A DNA stretch of 64,000 nt from IMG/VR virus record IMGVR_UViG_3300007609_001486, positions 18,511 to 82,510 of that record; one strand, written 5' to 3'. Positions 39,154-49,474 of the stretch are shown here, one piece after another. The notes beneath the pieces are model-generated. The model did not search any database. It had not been told where the DNA came from and saw only the letters and a program-made list of their open reading frames with translations. The stretch comes from a virus. A program made the position numbers and the translations under genes. Position 1 is the stretch's first letter. Each line of letters begins with the position of its first letter.

Positions 39154-40540
39154 AACATCCCAAGAAATAGTATTTTGTATTGTAGATAACACTGCAAAAA
39201 TAAAACATGATTGGACCAGAGAAATTATTAAAAACTTATCTGATTTTGTCTTATCGAATATAATACAAAAAGGCTATACTGTATTACAGGGTGTTTCTGA
39301 GGAAGCATTGTTAAGAGAAAGTGCGTCAAAGTATAAACATGCTGTAGTTATATCCACCGGAACAGAGTTTTTAAATGGAGATAATTTTTTTAAAGCTATT
39401 GAAAAGGCAACTTTTCAAGATTATTTTATACAAGGTCATGTTGCTGATAGAAAGGATGGTTACTATGAACTACACGATCAATGTTATTTAATTAATTTAA
39501 GTATCTATAAGAAGTTAGGTTATCCTTCAATTGGTAGCTTTTCTTATTACGATTCACATGAACAAATAGAACCACATAGAAGTGATGAAAACATTCACGA
39601 TGATTATACGCCAGTGTGGATAAAACCGGGCTCATCAAGGCGGAGATACGAGCATAAGTGGCATGGATGGAATATATTATCAATTGCATTAGATAATAAT
39701 TTACCTGTAATAGTATTCAATGAAGATATAAGAAATAATAAAAAATTTTATTATCCTGATTATGAACCTTCATTTCAACTGGCTCATGAGTACTTGTATG
39801 GCAAGCAAATTATAAGTAGCCAGGCTTTCTTTTATCCTTTCAACACTGAACAATACAATACTTCGAATGTAGATTCTATAAATCAGTTAGTAACACAGGC
39901 AAGTGGCCTTAATTGGATCGATTACTTAATTAATAATAATTATTCTAAAGGAACAATTGTAAATTTTGTAGACAATAATACATTTGCATTAGAAACAATG
40001 AAATATATCACTGAATGGAACGGCGAAGATTATCCCCAAATGCTTGAAGACTACGTGCTATCTAGAAGTAGTTTTATGAAGGTATCAAAAAATAATAGAT
40101 TAGCAAATATGGATGATCCTTTAACTACATGTTGGGAATATTTTCTAGAACAACATCCTAATTGGAAGGATACGTGGCAAGATATCAAACATAAGGTACA
40201 ATTTAAATTCACTCATGCAGACTTAGTCCTTAATAAATCACTACCGATTGAACATTGGTTAGAGGAAAAAACAAACACACTTATTAATTTAAGTCATATT
40301 TTTAATTATGATCCAGTTGCTCCATTTATTCCTCTTCAATTGCGTGTAAATAATGAGAATAATCTTATAAAGAAGATTAGACAATATATGCCTGATGCAA
40401 CTATTATATTTAGCGCAAGATCTGCAGAAGGTTTTTTTGATTCGTCACCTAACCATTATGTATGCCAAGCAAGTAAAATGCCTTTGGTTACCATAAAGGA
40501 TTTGACTTTCCCCACATGGCGTTATGGGGAGTGGTTATGA
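39128..40540 (+). CDS. Hypothetical two-domain protein; C-terminal half possibly a SAM-binding transferase fold
   Basis: 470 aa. 'LVTQASGLNWIDYL...IVNFVDNN..AL' weakly resembles SAM-binding motifs I/II. Confidence 0.35.
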   Translation: MKNVITFNKTSQEIVFCIVDNTAKIKHDWTREIIKNLSDFVLSNIIQKGYTVLQGVSEEALLRESASKYKHAVVISTGTEFLNGDNFFKAIEKATFQDYFIQGHVADRKDGYYELHDQCYLINLSIYKKLGYPSIGSFSYYDSHEQIEPHRSDENIHDDYTPVWIKPGSSRRRYEHKWHGWNILSIALDNNLPVIVFNEDIRNNKKFYYPDYEPSFQLAHEYLYGKQIISSQAFFYPFNTEQYNTSNVDSINQLVTQASGLNWIDYLINNNYSKGTIVNFVDNNTFALETMKYITEWNGEDYPQMLEDYVLSRSSFMKVSKNNRLANMDDPLTTCWEYFLEQHPNWKDTWQDIKHKVQFKFTHADLVLNKSLPIEHWLEEKTNTLINLSHIFNYDPVAPFIPLQLRVNNENNLIKKIRQYMPDATIIFSARSAEGFFDSSPNHYVCQASKMPLVTIKDLTFPTWRYGEWL

Positions 40541-41130
40541 AGATAGCAATTACGGGGCACACAAGCGGTATAGGTAAAGGTATATATACCTTTTATAGAC
40601 GTAGAGCAGTTGAAGTGAAAGGATATAGTTTAGATAATGGCTATAATATTAATGAATACGAATCTATTCTTAAAGATAGTGCAGATTGTAACATTTTTAT
40701 AAACAATGCCTATAGTCATTATAAGCAAAGTGAGATAATTTCTACTTGGGGCGAAATGCATAAAAATTATAAACATTTAATTATTAGTACAAGTAGTATA
40801 GCTGCAGAGCCGCTATTAGAAATAGAAAAAATATTTCCCCATCTCGTACCATACGGCGAAGAAAAATATGCTATTAATAAAGCAAGTTGGTTTTTAAATC
40901 ACAGCGGCTCTAGATGTAAATCCAGCGTTATTATGCCAGGGGTAGTAGAAACTAATTTTTATAATCCCTACGACACAGAAGACGAAAACGGAATAGAATT
41001 ATATAATCAAGTCATGAATACCAATAGTATAATCACTGTTGACGATTTAGTTAAGACTGTAGATTTTATTATTCAAAGTTGGAACGGAAGAAACTTTATA
41101 GCAAGTATGACGGTGTTAAATGCTTATTAA
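40537..41130 (+). CDS. Short-chain dehydrogenase/reductase
   Basis: MKIAITGHTSGIG, INNA, YGEEK and PGVVET. Confidence 0.8.
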   Translation: MKIAITGHTSGIGKGIYTFYRRRAVEVKGYSLDNGYNINEYESILKDSADCNIFINNAYSHYKQSEIISTWGEMHKNYKHLIISTSSIAAEPLLEIEKIFPHLVPYGEEKYAINKASWFLNHSGSRCKSSVIMPGVVETNFYNPYDTEDENGIELYNQVMNTNSIITVDDLVKTVDFIIQSWNGRNFIASMTVLNAY

Positions 41131-41539
41131 AGATTGGATAGATAGAATTTCAAAACCGCAAGAATTACTAGGAGGATATTCAGTGTGTCCTTATTCTAGG
41201 CATGCGCAGTATGAAATAGTACAAGTATATGGGCGTAATATAGTTGTTCCAAATGCAGACTTTGACTTAATAATTTATATACTTTCGGATAACTTTTCTC
41301 AAATACAAGTTGAAAGTATAGCAAAGGAGTATAATCTACTGTACAAGGAATTGGTTTTCTTACCAGATCCTAAAGATCGATATACAGAAATCAATGGCGT
41401 AAAAACAAATAATGGTGAACAGAATCTAATACTTTGCCAACCAAGAGCTAAATTAAGAAAAGCAAGAGAAAATCTGTCTAAAACAGATTATTATAGTTTC
41501 TGGAGTGAAGATTATCTTCGGGAGATCTTAGATACATGA
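41120..41539 (+). CDS. Hypothetical protein (DUF1415-like N-terminal 'W....CPY' motif)
   Basis: 139 aa. 'DWIDRIS...LGGYSVCPYS'. Confidence 0.4.
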   Translation: MLIKDWIDRISKPQELLGGYSVCPYSRHAQYEIVQVYGRNIVVPNADFDLIIYILSDNFSQIQVESIAKEYNLLYKELVFLPDPKDRYTEINGVKTNNGEQNLILCQPRAKLRKARENLSKTDYYSFWSEDYLREILDT

Positions 41540-42609
41540 CATGCTGGACAGAGTACGATCCGTTAAAGGAAATAATTGTAGGAGATTGTAATCAGCCCGG
41601 CGATTTTGATTGGTTCCTTGACGAAAGAGTAAAATCAAAATTCAATCTAATACTAGAAGAAACAAAAGAAGATTTACAAAATCTTAGCGAGTATCTATCC
41701 GGTTTAGGTATTCGTGTGCATAGGCCTAAACCTACAAAGTTTGAAAGTCGAGTCAGTTTAGGAAGTTTTACAATCCCTAATCCTGCAAGTCCTATAGTTC
41801 CCAGGGATCAGTATTTGGCATACAATAATATTATCATACAAACTTATACAAGTATGGTAGATAGATATTTAGATAGTGCAACATATTACCACATCTTTAA
41901 AGAACAATTTGATAAGGGCATTAATTGGATTAGTATGCCACCGCCTGTGTTAATAGATATAGGAGAAACAGAAAAGTGGTGGATAAAGGGCGAAGAAATT
42001 TATCATGATATATTAAAAGATAGATTGCTATGGCATACAGCAACCATGTATAAATTAGGTGATACATTGATTACAAACACAAAAGGTCCTGGTAATTATA
42101 ACGGTTTAGAATGGATGACAAGGAATCTTCCTAATATTAAAATTATCGAAAATACACAAACGCATCAGCAAGGATATGGGCATATTGATCACGGCTGGTT
42201 TATGACAGACGACGAAACAGTATTTTGTGTTGATAAAAGTTGGGTTCCATTAGTGCTCCTTGACAAAGAGATTATTGAGTTGCATAAATTTTTTGATCCT
42301 TTTGACGATCAAAAATTCTTTATGGATTACAATAGTACTGGCGGAAAATACAGTGTAGATTGGTTAGATAAATGGTTAAACGGCTGGAAGGGTTACGCAC
42401 AGGAATGTTTTTTTGATACCAACGTTTTAGTCCTAGATAAGGAAAATATACTATTCACAAACGAACAACCTCGTATATTTAAATTAATGGAAAATAGAGG
42501 AATCAACTGTCACGTAGTTCCGCAAAGACACAGTTTCTTCTGGGAGGGCGGCGTTCATTGCTTAACTTTAGATTTGGTCAGGGATGGCAGTTGTAGATCG
42601 GTTATATGA
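41536..42609 (+). CDS. Amidinotransferase (glycine/inosamine-phosphate amidinotransferase family, pentein fold)
   Basis: EYDPLKEIIVG, PRD, GHID and C-terminal GGVHCLTLDLVR carrying the catalytic Cys. Confidence 0.85.
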   Translation: MTCWTEYDPLKEIIVGDCNQPGDFDWFLDERVKSKFNLILEETKEDLQNLSEYLSGLGIRVHRPKPTKFESRVSLGSFTIPNPASPIVPRDQYLAYNNIIIQTYTSMVDRYLDSATYYHIFKEQFDKGINWISMPPPVLIDIGETEKWWIKGEEIYHDILKDRLLWHTATMYKLGDTLITNTKGPGNYNGLEWMTRNLPNIKIIENTQTHQQGYGHIDHGWFMTDDETVFCVDKSWVPLVLLDKEIIELHKFFDPFDDQKFFMDYNSTGGKYSVDWLDKWLNGWKGYAQECFFDTNVLVLDKENILFTNEQPRIFKLMENRGINCHVVPQRHSFFWEGGVHCLTLDLVRDGSCRSVI

Positions 42610-43812
42610 TGCTAGTGCACTTATAAGTCTCTTTGATAACTCTATAAAATAATCATCAGTTGCAGATAATGGGATAATTATCAAAAGTCCATCCCCTGCT
42701 TCGTTAAACATACCGCTGCTCAATCCAAACTTTTTAAAATGACTTTCCAGGGTATCTTGATTTTCTAAGTAATTTTCATTTAACAGATTAAGATTAAATA
42801 CCAGTCCGTGGTTGTTAAAGCCTTTTATAAGATTCTCTTGTTTTAGTTTTTCGAATAAAGAAACGGCTGAATTTTTTATCGCAGAATGATTTTTTAGAAT
42901 TTGTTCTTTTTCTAGAATATCCATATATTCTAAAACACTGTAGATGCCACTTAGGCTGAAACTATATGAGAATCCATGCAGTAACGGCAAATTCATTATT
43001 GTTTGGTATATAATGTCATTTACAAGTGTTGCACTCAATGGATAAAAGCCACCTGTAAACCCTTTACCCATTGTGAATATATCAGGCTGTATCAAAGTTT
43101 CCCCATGTTCGTTTTTCCATCCAAACATGTTTCCGGTTTTTCCTCCGCACATTGCAATATCGTCAACTATCAAAATCACATCGTTTTCAGTGCAGACACG
43201 TCTAAGTTTTTGCCAAAATTCCTGTGTCACAGGCTTCAGTCCATCCTGCCAGCTACAAGTCTCAATGACAACACATAGTGTGTTACTCCAGTCTCTGTCC
43301 AGGTCTGTTTCCTGTCTTCTCAAAGTAACACAATTACCTTCTCTGCCATATATATGATGCATGTCTCTGGTATCTGCAATACTGCTACTTAAGAATGTGC
43401 TACCGTGATAACTGTTTTCAAAACCTATTATCTCTTTCCTGTCTTGATTTTTTGCAACATTATATAGATGTGCAACTCTAATTGCACCCTCTATGGCATC
43501 ACTGCCCGATAAGCTGAAAATACTACGATACCCGCCGCTTAAGTCAAACAGTTTAGATGCAAGTGTCTGAATGACTGAGTTAGAAGTTTTGAACTCGCCG
43601 CTACAAAAAGGTGTGTCTTTTATTTTTTCGCCTACCTTATCAACAATATCAGTTCTATCAAACCCTAGTGTAAAACACCCGCAGTTCCCCATACTGAGAT
43701 CAATAAAATTAACATTGTCCTCATAAAAACCAAAAGACCAGTATTTTTCTAAAAGTCTATATTCTTCTAGATTATCGTTTATTGCGTAAGGAAAAAGTGC
43801 TCGGGATATCAT
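42568..43812 (-). CDS. PLP-dependent class III aminotransferase
   Basis: SGSDAIE, SYHG, LIVDDI..G.KTG and PDIFTMGKGFTGG (PLP lysine). Confidence 0.9.
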   Translation of the reverse strand: MISRALFPYAINDNLEEYRLLEKYWSFGFYEDNVNFIDLSMGNCGCFTLGFDRTDIVDKVGEKIKDTPFCSGEFKTSNSVIQTLASKLFDLSGGYRSIFSLSGSDAIEGAIRVAHLYNVAKNQDRKEIIGFENSYHGSTFLSSSIADTRDMHHIYGREGNCVTLRRQETDLDRDWSNTLCVVIETCSWQDGLKPVTQEFWQKLRRVCTENDVILIVDDIAMCGGKTGNMFGWKNEHGETLIQPDIFTMGKGFTGGFYPLSATLVNDIIYQTIMNLPLLHGFSYSFSLSGIYSVLEYMDILEKEQILKNHSAIKNSAVSLFEKLKQENLIKGFNNHGLVFNLNLLNENYLENQDTLESHFKKFGLSSGMFNEAGDGLLIIIPLSATDDYFIELSKRLISALASYNRSTTAIPDQI

Positions 43813-43837
43813 AATTTTTTACTAATATACTTTTTGC

Positions 43838-44446
43838 TTATATTACACTTAAGGTTAAAGATATTCTTTTACTACCTGGATTTATATTTTCTACACTATG
43901 GATTTTATTTGCTGGTAATAAATGCCATCTGTCTAATGGCACTTTTATTTCTTCCTTCTTTGTAACTTTATCATAAGGAATAAACATTTGTGGGTGTATC
44001 CAGGTATTATCCTTGTAGTCATTTAATTCATAAAATATTAACGAAACATCTCCGCCTGTTTGTATCAGATAATTATAAGCCTTGGATCTTAATTCGTCTA
44101 TGTGAGGAGGTATAATCGATCCTTCTTCCATTACTTGAATATTAATGGAATCGTATTTGATTGGAATATGTGTATTAACCCATTTACTTATAGTGTCAGA
44201 TACATCTATAAAACTATATTTTACTAGTCCGGGAAATCTTTCACGTGCTTCTTGTCCGCTGTACCCTAGTTTAGATTTGTTAATATTAGGATCATATGCA
44301 TTTTCTACTAAGTTTAGAATCTCCTCAGAAGAACTTATAAGAAGTGTGTCCAAACGAGTATTTTCGCTTTTAGCTACTACATCAAATATTTCTTGTTTTA
44401 TTTCTTCAGGCATTAAGGGATATGCAGGATATTTTAAGTATGCCAT
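43838..44446 (-). CDS. Fe(II)/2OG-type oxygenase
   Basis: IIPPHID...IHSVEN...KRISL. Confidence 0.65.
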   Translation of the reverse strand: MAYLKYPAYPLMPEEIKQEIFDVVAKSENTRLDTLLISSSEEILNLVENAYDPNINKSKLGYSGQEARERFPGLVKYSFIDVSDTISKWVNTHIPIKYDSINIQVMEEGSIIPPHIDELRSKAYNYLIQTGGDVSLIFYELNDYKDNTWIHPQMFIPYDKVTKKEEIKVPLDRWHLLPANKIHSVENINPGSKRISLTLSVI

Positions 44447-44454
44447 TATTTGTT

Positions 44455-45939
44455 TTATATACCTTCCTTGTTCGTCCGAAAATAACCATGCAGGACAGCA
44501 TCTGTATTAGTCTTACAACTAGACATATTTCGAATCTGTATTTTTTTCCATGCCTCAAAATCTTTAATAATTTCCACTTCTCTTCCTGTGATATGATTTT
44601 TTGCAACCTGTTTATTTATAAAGCCCAACCCTGCAAGAATCTGATTCCATGCATTATATCCTATACTATTTTCTTTGTTAGGAACATCAGATGCTGTAAG
44701 TAAACGAGTCTTAGAAATGTCAATAATATTTTTAACGAAATCTGTAGCAATGTCAGATTTCTTTATGTAATCCCAAAACGGAGATCCTGATTTTCCCCCT
44801 AAATAATGCAAAATTATAAAATCTTTGATTTCGTCATACATTTCTGTAATTTCTTCGTTATATTTTTTGAAGTCATTTGAACCTATATAATCTACAAATT
44901 TTTGTATTTGAATTATTGTTGCATGTATGCTCGTGGCCTCTAACGGTTCAATAAAAGCACTAGCTAACCCTAATGCCAAACAATTTTTCCGCCAAGGCGC
45001 ATCTAATCTTCCTGAATCAAACTTAATTTGTTTTATAGGGGTTATTTCGTGTCCTAATAAGGCTTCGATTTCATTTTGTGCTTCATTAAAGGTTATAAAC
45101 TTGTCACAAAATACGTAGCCGCATCCGAACCTTTCTGCAGTTGGTATCTGCCACATCCAGCCCGCACTTAAGGCTTTTGAAATGGTCAAGGGTTTAGGCC
45201 AAACTGGCGGAACATAGTCTAAAACAAATGGCATAGCACTGTTCATAAGTAGGTGTCTGTTATAACTTACCCATTTTGCACCTAGGCTCTTCATTAAAGT
45301 TTGCGCAAATCCTGTGCAATCTATAAAGAAATCCCCAGGTATAGTCATATTATTAGATAACTTTAATGAGTCTATAGCGTTATTTTCATTATGGATTATT
45401 TTTTCAACTGTTGCATCAATAACTGAACCGCCCATAGAGAGAACACGCTTTTTAAAAAATTTGCCAACTTTACTTCCGTCAAAATGAAAACTTTGTCCGG
45501 TGATCCTTAATATTTCTGATTCGTCGTTCTTAATTAGAGATCGATCTTGGTCGATAAACATTCCTAATTTACTTACTGAATGAATGTATTCGTCATTTGC
45601 AATTAAAAAAGCAAGTCTATCTGTAATTTTGTTATCATTGTCTAAATTTAAATCTAAGGGGTTATAATAGCACCTATGTTGATTCGACCAATTTTCGTGT
45701 TTGACTCCTACTTTAAACGTGGCATCCGTTTCCTTAATAAAATCCTTTATGTCAATACCAAAGTCTATGTCCTGATTACCTATAATGCTTCCTAATATAT
45801 GTGTGCCACCCTCGCCTGCTCCGATAATACCTATACTACTACTTTCGATAATTGTTACGTTATAAGTAGGATTAGTTTTTAAAATATAAAAGGCTGCTAT
45901 CCATCCCGCAGTACCGCCTCCTACAATTACTAATTTCAT
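44455..45939 (-). CDS. Flavin-dependent halogenase (tryptophan halogenase family)
   Basis: GGGTAG, IGAGE, ATFKVG (catalytic Lys position), WMWQIP and FIEPLEATS. Confidence 0.9.
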   Translation of the reverse strand: MKLVIVGGGTAGWIAAFYILKTNPTYNVTIIESSSIGIIGAGEGGTHILGSIIGNQDIDFGIDIKDFIKETDATFKVGVKHENWSNQHRCYYNPLDLNLDNDNKITDRLAFLIANDEYIHSVSKLGMFIDQDRSLIKNDESEILRITGQSFHFDGSKVGKFFKKRVLSMGGSVIDATVEKIIHNENNAIDSLKLSNNMTIPGDFFIDCTGFAQTLMKSLGAKWVSYNRHLLMNSAMPFVLDYVPPVWPKPLTISKALSAGWMWQIPTAERFGCGYVFCDKFITFNEAQNEIEALLGHEITPIKQIKFDSGRLDAPWRKNCLALGLASAFIEPLEATSIHATIIQIQKFVDYIGSNDFKKYNEEITEMYDEIKDFIILHYLGGKSGSPFWDYIKKSDIATDFVKNIIDISKTRLLTASDVPNKENSIGYNAWNQILAGLGFINKQVAKNHITGREVEIIKDFEAWKKIQIRNMSSCKTNTDAVLHGYFRTNKEGI

Positions 45940-46574
45940 ATAATTGACCTCTGTATATAAGAAGATACAGGATAATTGCCTGTTGCTCCTACATTGAAGG
46001 ACACTGCATATCTAGGTAAGTTTGTTTCATTTATTTTTGTTTTATGTCTTAACCATCCGGGAAAGATGAGCACATCGCCGGATTGTATCGAAACTGTCTC
46101 CTCTATGTCATATTGTACGCCTTCGGGCCCTTGCCATCCAAATGGCTGGAGGCTAGCAACAAGGTGATTAGGGTTTTCGAAAATTATATCTCCCATACCT
46201 GGATCCATCTTAATATACATTACACCACTCAGTAAATATGGTGTATGGTTGTGTGCAATGATGCCACTATTCTTACATGTTTTGTTAATCCACATTTCAC
46301 ATATTTGAGGAGTGAGTCCGTTGTAAAATTTATATTCGGCCCAACATTTTTTTATCATCGGTTCAAGTTGTAAGGTAATATTTTCAAATGCCGGGTGATT
46401 ATGAAATGTATTCAACGAGTTGTATGTTGTATATGTAAATGGGCCTACATCGTTGTGAGATGCAGACGGCTTTGACCATTCTATCTCAACTTCGTGTTGA
46501 ACTTTAGCAAAGGCTTCGTCTAAGCCTAATATTTTATCTCTAAAAATTTTTACAGGAAACAGTGATTTGAACAT
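45936..46574 (-). CDS. Putative 2OG-Fe(II) oxygenase (TIGR02466-like)
   Basis: WIN...HNH...LSGVMY...G.I.F..P...GDVLIFPGWLRH...RYAVSFN. Confidence 0.8.
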   Translation of the reverse strand: MFKSLFPVKIFRDKILGLDEAFAKVQHEVEIEWSKPSASHNDVGPFTYTTYNSLNTFHNHPAFENITLQLEPMIKKCWAEYKFYNGLTPQICEMWINKTCKNSGIIAHNHTPYLLSGVMYIKMDPGMGDIIFENPNHLVASLQPFGWQGPEGVQYDIEETVSIQSGDVLIFPGWLRHKTKINETNLPRYAVSFNVGATGNYPVSSYIQRSII

Positions 46575-46601
46575 AATTTTTATACTGATGTTATTTAAAT
46601 T

Positions 46602-46645
46602 TATTTATCATAAAATATGATACCAAAAAAAAAATTTTATAAATA
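46602..46645. promoter_or_regulatory. Divergent late-type promoters: GATAAATA (- strand, 46602-46609) and TATAAATA (+ strand, 46638-46645)
   Basis: The + motif is a perfect consensus 5 nt before ATG 46651. The - motif precedes the 46574 start. Confidence 0.6.
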
Positions 46646-46650
46646 TCACT

Positions 46651-47265
46651 ATGGAAAGAACCTCAAAAAAATATTTTCAATACGACGCAAATTTTGCCTC
46701 TATTTATAATGATGTTAATTTTGACGATATTTGCTATTACTTTGTAAAGCAGTTTGAATTAACACATGCATATCCTACAGGATCGTTAGTAGACCTCTGT
46801 TGTGGTACAGGTCAAATTGCAAACATTTTTAAAACAAGATTCGAAGACCTGGAAGTAGTTGGATATGATTTGTCGCAAAACATGTTAGAATTTGCAAATT
46901 ATAATAATATTACTTTTAGAAACGACTCTATATTATCTATAAATGAAAAATTTGACAATATTGTATGCAATAATGCATATCATCATTTTGATGACATAAG
47001 TCTGTTTTGGGATACAATCCACAGGATTTCTCATGAAAGCACAAACTTTTTAATATCTGATAATGTAAGACCAGACACTGAAGCGCAGCTTAACAATATT
47101 GTGACAGGTGTCCTAGGAAATAATTCTCCTCTCAGTGAGTCATTTGAGTTAGCTTTATCTTCAAGTTATTCGATAGAGGAACTAAATGATCATGCTAAAG
47201 ATTATAATCTTATAGTTCATGATACTCCTGTAGCTGATCTTAAAATTTTTTTTATACATAATTAA
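46651..47265 (+). CDS. Class I SAM-dependent methyltransferase
   Basis: LVDLCCGTG, VVGYDLSQNML and NAYHHF. Confidence 0.85.
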   Translation: MERTSKKYFQYDANFASIYNDVNFDDICYYFVKQFELTHAYPTGSLVDLCCGTGQIANIFKTRFEDLEVVGYDLSQNMLEFANYNNITFRNDSILSINEKFDNIVCNNAYHHFDDISLFWDTIHRISHESTNFLISDNVRPDTEAQLNNIVTGVLGNNSPLSESFELALSSSYSIEELNDHAKDYNLIVHDTPVADLKIFFIHN

Positions 47266-47285
47266 TTTTTATTATAGGAAAATAG

Positions 47286-48833
47286 ATGAAAATCGTGATT
47301 CTCGGTGGCGGCACAGCAGGTTGGATGGCAGCATCATATCTATCTAAACGCTTCCGAGATTTTAATTTAACAGTAATAGAAAGTCCAAATATTCCTCGAA
47401 TCGGAGTGGGAGAAAGCGTAACTCCTCATGTTGCACAATTCTTTACTGATCTTGGTATAGATACGCATACTTGGATGAAAGATACAGGAAGTGTATATAA
47501 GTGGGCCAACAAGTTTATTAACTGGCATAATGGAAATGACTATGAGTATTTTAGTTTTTCATATCCTACAAACACTGAAATGTTATATAAAGACATAGAT
47601 AAACCCTTTTCTATTGACCAGGTATATGGTGATAAGGATAATGAATTAAGTACGGATTATTTGTTAAAGTTATACAATGACGGGCATATAGATAAGTTCG
47701 ATAGGTATTTTAACAGCCAATTTTATTACATGGAAAATAATGTTGCTCCATTTGAAGGTACTACCCGGCTTCTAAATGTTCCATTTAGCGGTGCACAACA
47801 TATTGATGCAGAGAAAGCAGCTGATTTTTTAAAAGATAATGTTGCTCTTAGAAATGGAGTTGAACATCTTCAACATGACGTAGTTGATATTATAGTCGAC
47901 GGAGAAAATATAAAATATCTTGTCTTAGAAAGTGGAGAGCAAGTTGTAGCAGATCTATTCTTAGATGCAACTGGATTTAAACGCATCTTAACCAAAGCAT
48001 TAGGATGGACAACCGTAAAATATAAAAACAATCCTATAAACAGGGCATGGGTTTGCCCACTAGAATATGAAAACAAAGAAACTGAGTTACTCAATTATAC
48101 CCAATCCATTGCGCAAAACCATGGTTGGCTTTTTAAAATAGGACTAAATCACAGAATGGGCAGTGGCTATTGTTTTAGTAGTGAGTTTACAGATGATGAT
48201 GATGCGCTAAAAGATTATATGTCTATAACAAAAAATCACAAGGCTGAACCTAGATTAATTAAGTGGACACCTGAAAGATTAAAATATTCTGCAAAGGGTA
48301 ACACTGTTGCAATAGGATTAAGTTGTGGGTTTGTAGAACCAATGGAAGCCAATGCTTTGTATACTATTATTAATAGTATTGTTAGATTAGCTGAGACTAT
48401 TGAGTCATGTCGGAGTATAAACCTAATAGATTATACTGAGTATAATAATATAATTGCCCATGGCATTGATGATATTTCTGATTTTATACTCGTACATTAT
48501 ACATTAAGTAATAGAAAGACTAATGCTTTTTGGAACGAAATGTCTGCTTTAGGTGTCAGAAATAATCATATTGACCTTATGTACGAAAAATATAGGAGTA
48601 AGTTTAACACAATGTCTGCCGCCTTACAAGGTTATACAATGTTTCCACAGTACATGTGGGCACAACTAGCTACTTATTTGAAAATAGATACCTCCACATG
48701 GTATGACTTAAAAGAAGATGTTACATATGAAATTGCAAAACTGTACTTTAAAAATCTAGAACACAAGCATCGTCTTATTAGTTCAACTAGAATGAATAAT
48801 TCTCAGTGGTTATCTAAATATATTTTTCGATAA
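47286..48833 (+). CDS. Flavin-dependent halogenase-family protein (degenerate WxWxIP motif)
   Basis: GGGTAG, IGVGES, SVYKWA (Lys) and FVEPMEA. GWLFKIG in place of WxWxIP. Confidence 0.85.
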   Translation: MKIVILGGGTAGWMAASYLSKRFRDFNLTVIESPNIPRIGVGESVTPHVAQFFTDLGIDTHTWMKDTGSVYKWANKFINWHNGNDYEYFSFSYPTNTEMLYKDIDKPFSIDQVYGDKDNELSTDYLLKLYNDGHIDKFDRYFNSQFYYMENNVAPFEGTTRLLNVPFSGAQHIDAEKAADFLKDNVALRNGVEHLQHDVVDIIVDGENIKYLVLESGEQVVADLFLDATGFKRILTKALGWTTVKYKNNPINRAWVCPLEYENKETELLNYTQSIAQNHGWLFKIGLNHRMGSGYCFSSEFTDDDDALKDYMSITKNHKAEPRLIKWTPERLKYSAKGNTVAIGLSCGFVEPMEANALYTIINSIVRLAETIESCRSINLIDYTEYNNIIAHGIDDISDFILVHYTLSNRKTNAFWNEMSALGVRNNHIDLMYEKYRSKFNTMSAALQGYTMFPQYMWAQLATYLKIDTSTWYDLKEDVTYEIAKLYFKNLEHKHRLISSTRMNNSQWLSKYIFR

Positions 48834-49474
48834 ATATCAGGCAACGGATCTTCAGGCCATTTTACATATTCTGTAAGACTGTGTTTATTAAGAATAGAAA
48901 AATCTACTTTACCGTCTGGCCAAACACTATTAATAAATTTAGATCTTTCTTCGTTTAGAATAGGTCTATAAAGATTTATATCAATAGGCTGTTCTTCGTA
49001 ATCACAAGTAGTATAAAATGCAAATGCTTTTAATTTATCTTCTTTAATAAAGTGATAACACGGATACATAGTTATTTTATACACTTCGTTTATTTTTATA
49101 TCTAAAACTATCTGTTGTAGTTGTTCCTTCCAATCAGGTAAAATATTTGATAAATCAGCACCATTTACTATTGTTTGCTCGCAACATTCTATATTCCATT
49201 CTATGTAGATTTCTCTTTTGCTGGTATCTACATCTATTAAATTAGCACACCATGGATATTTATTAAATTTTTTAAGATATTTTATTTCTCTTGTAAAACA
49301 ATCGTTAATTAATTCGTTGCTTACCGGTTTATTCCTAAATTTACTATCGGGATCGAATCTCATGCAGAGAATTTTTTGGTCTAAACTTACTAAAGGTTCG
49401 TATAATGCTCCAGTTTTCCAGCGTTTGTTGCTCTGATCTGTCACATAGTAGTGTTGCCAATCAGTAGTGTTCAA
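48803..49474 (-). CDS. Protein kinase-like fold protein (degenerate catalytic motifs)
   Basis: REIKYL...LPDWKEQL...VYKITMYP...LKAFAFY. Paralogous to 50297. Confidence 0.4.
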   Translation of the reverse strand: MNTTDWQHYYVTDQSNKRWKTGALYEPLVSLDQKILCMRFDPDSKFRNKPVSNELINDCFTREIKYLKKFNKYPWCANLIDVDTSKREIYIEWNIECCEQTIVNGADLSNILPDWKEQLQQIVLDIKINEVYKITMYPCYHFIKEDKLKAFAFYTTCDYEEQPIDINLYRPILNEERSKFINSVWPDGKVDFSILNKHSLTEYVKWPEDPLPDIYRKIYLDNH

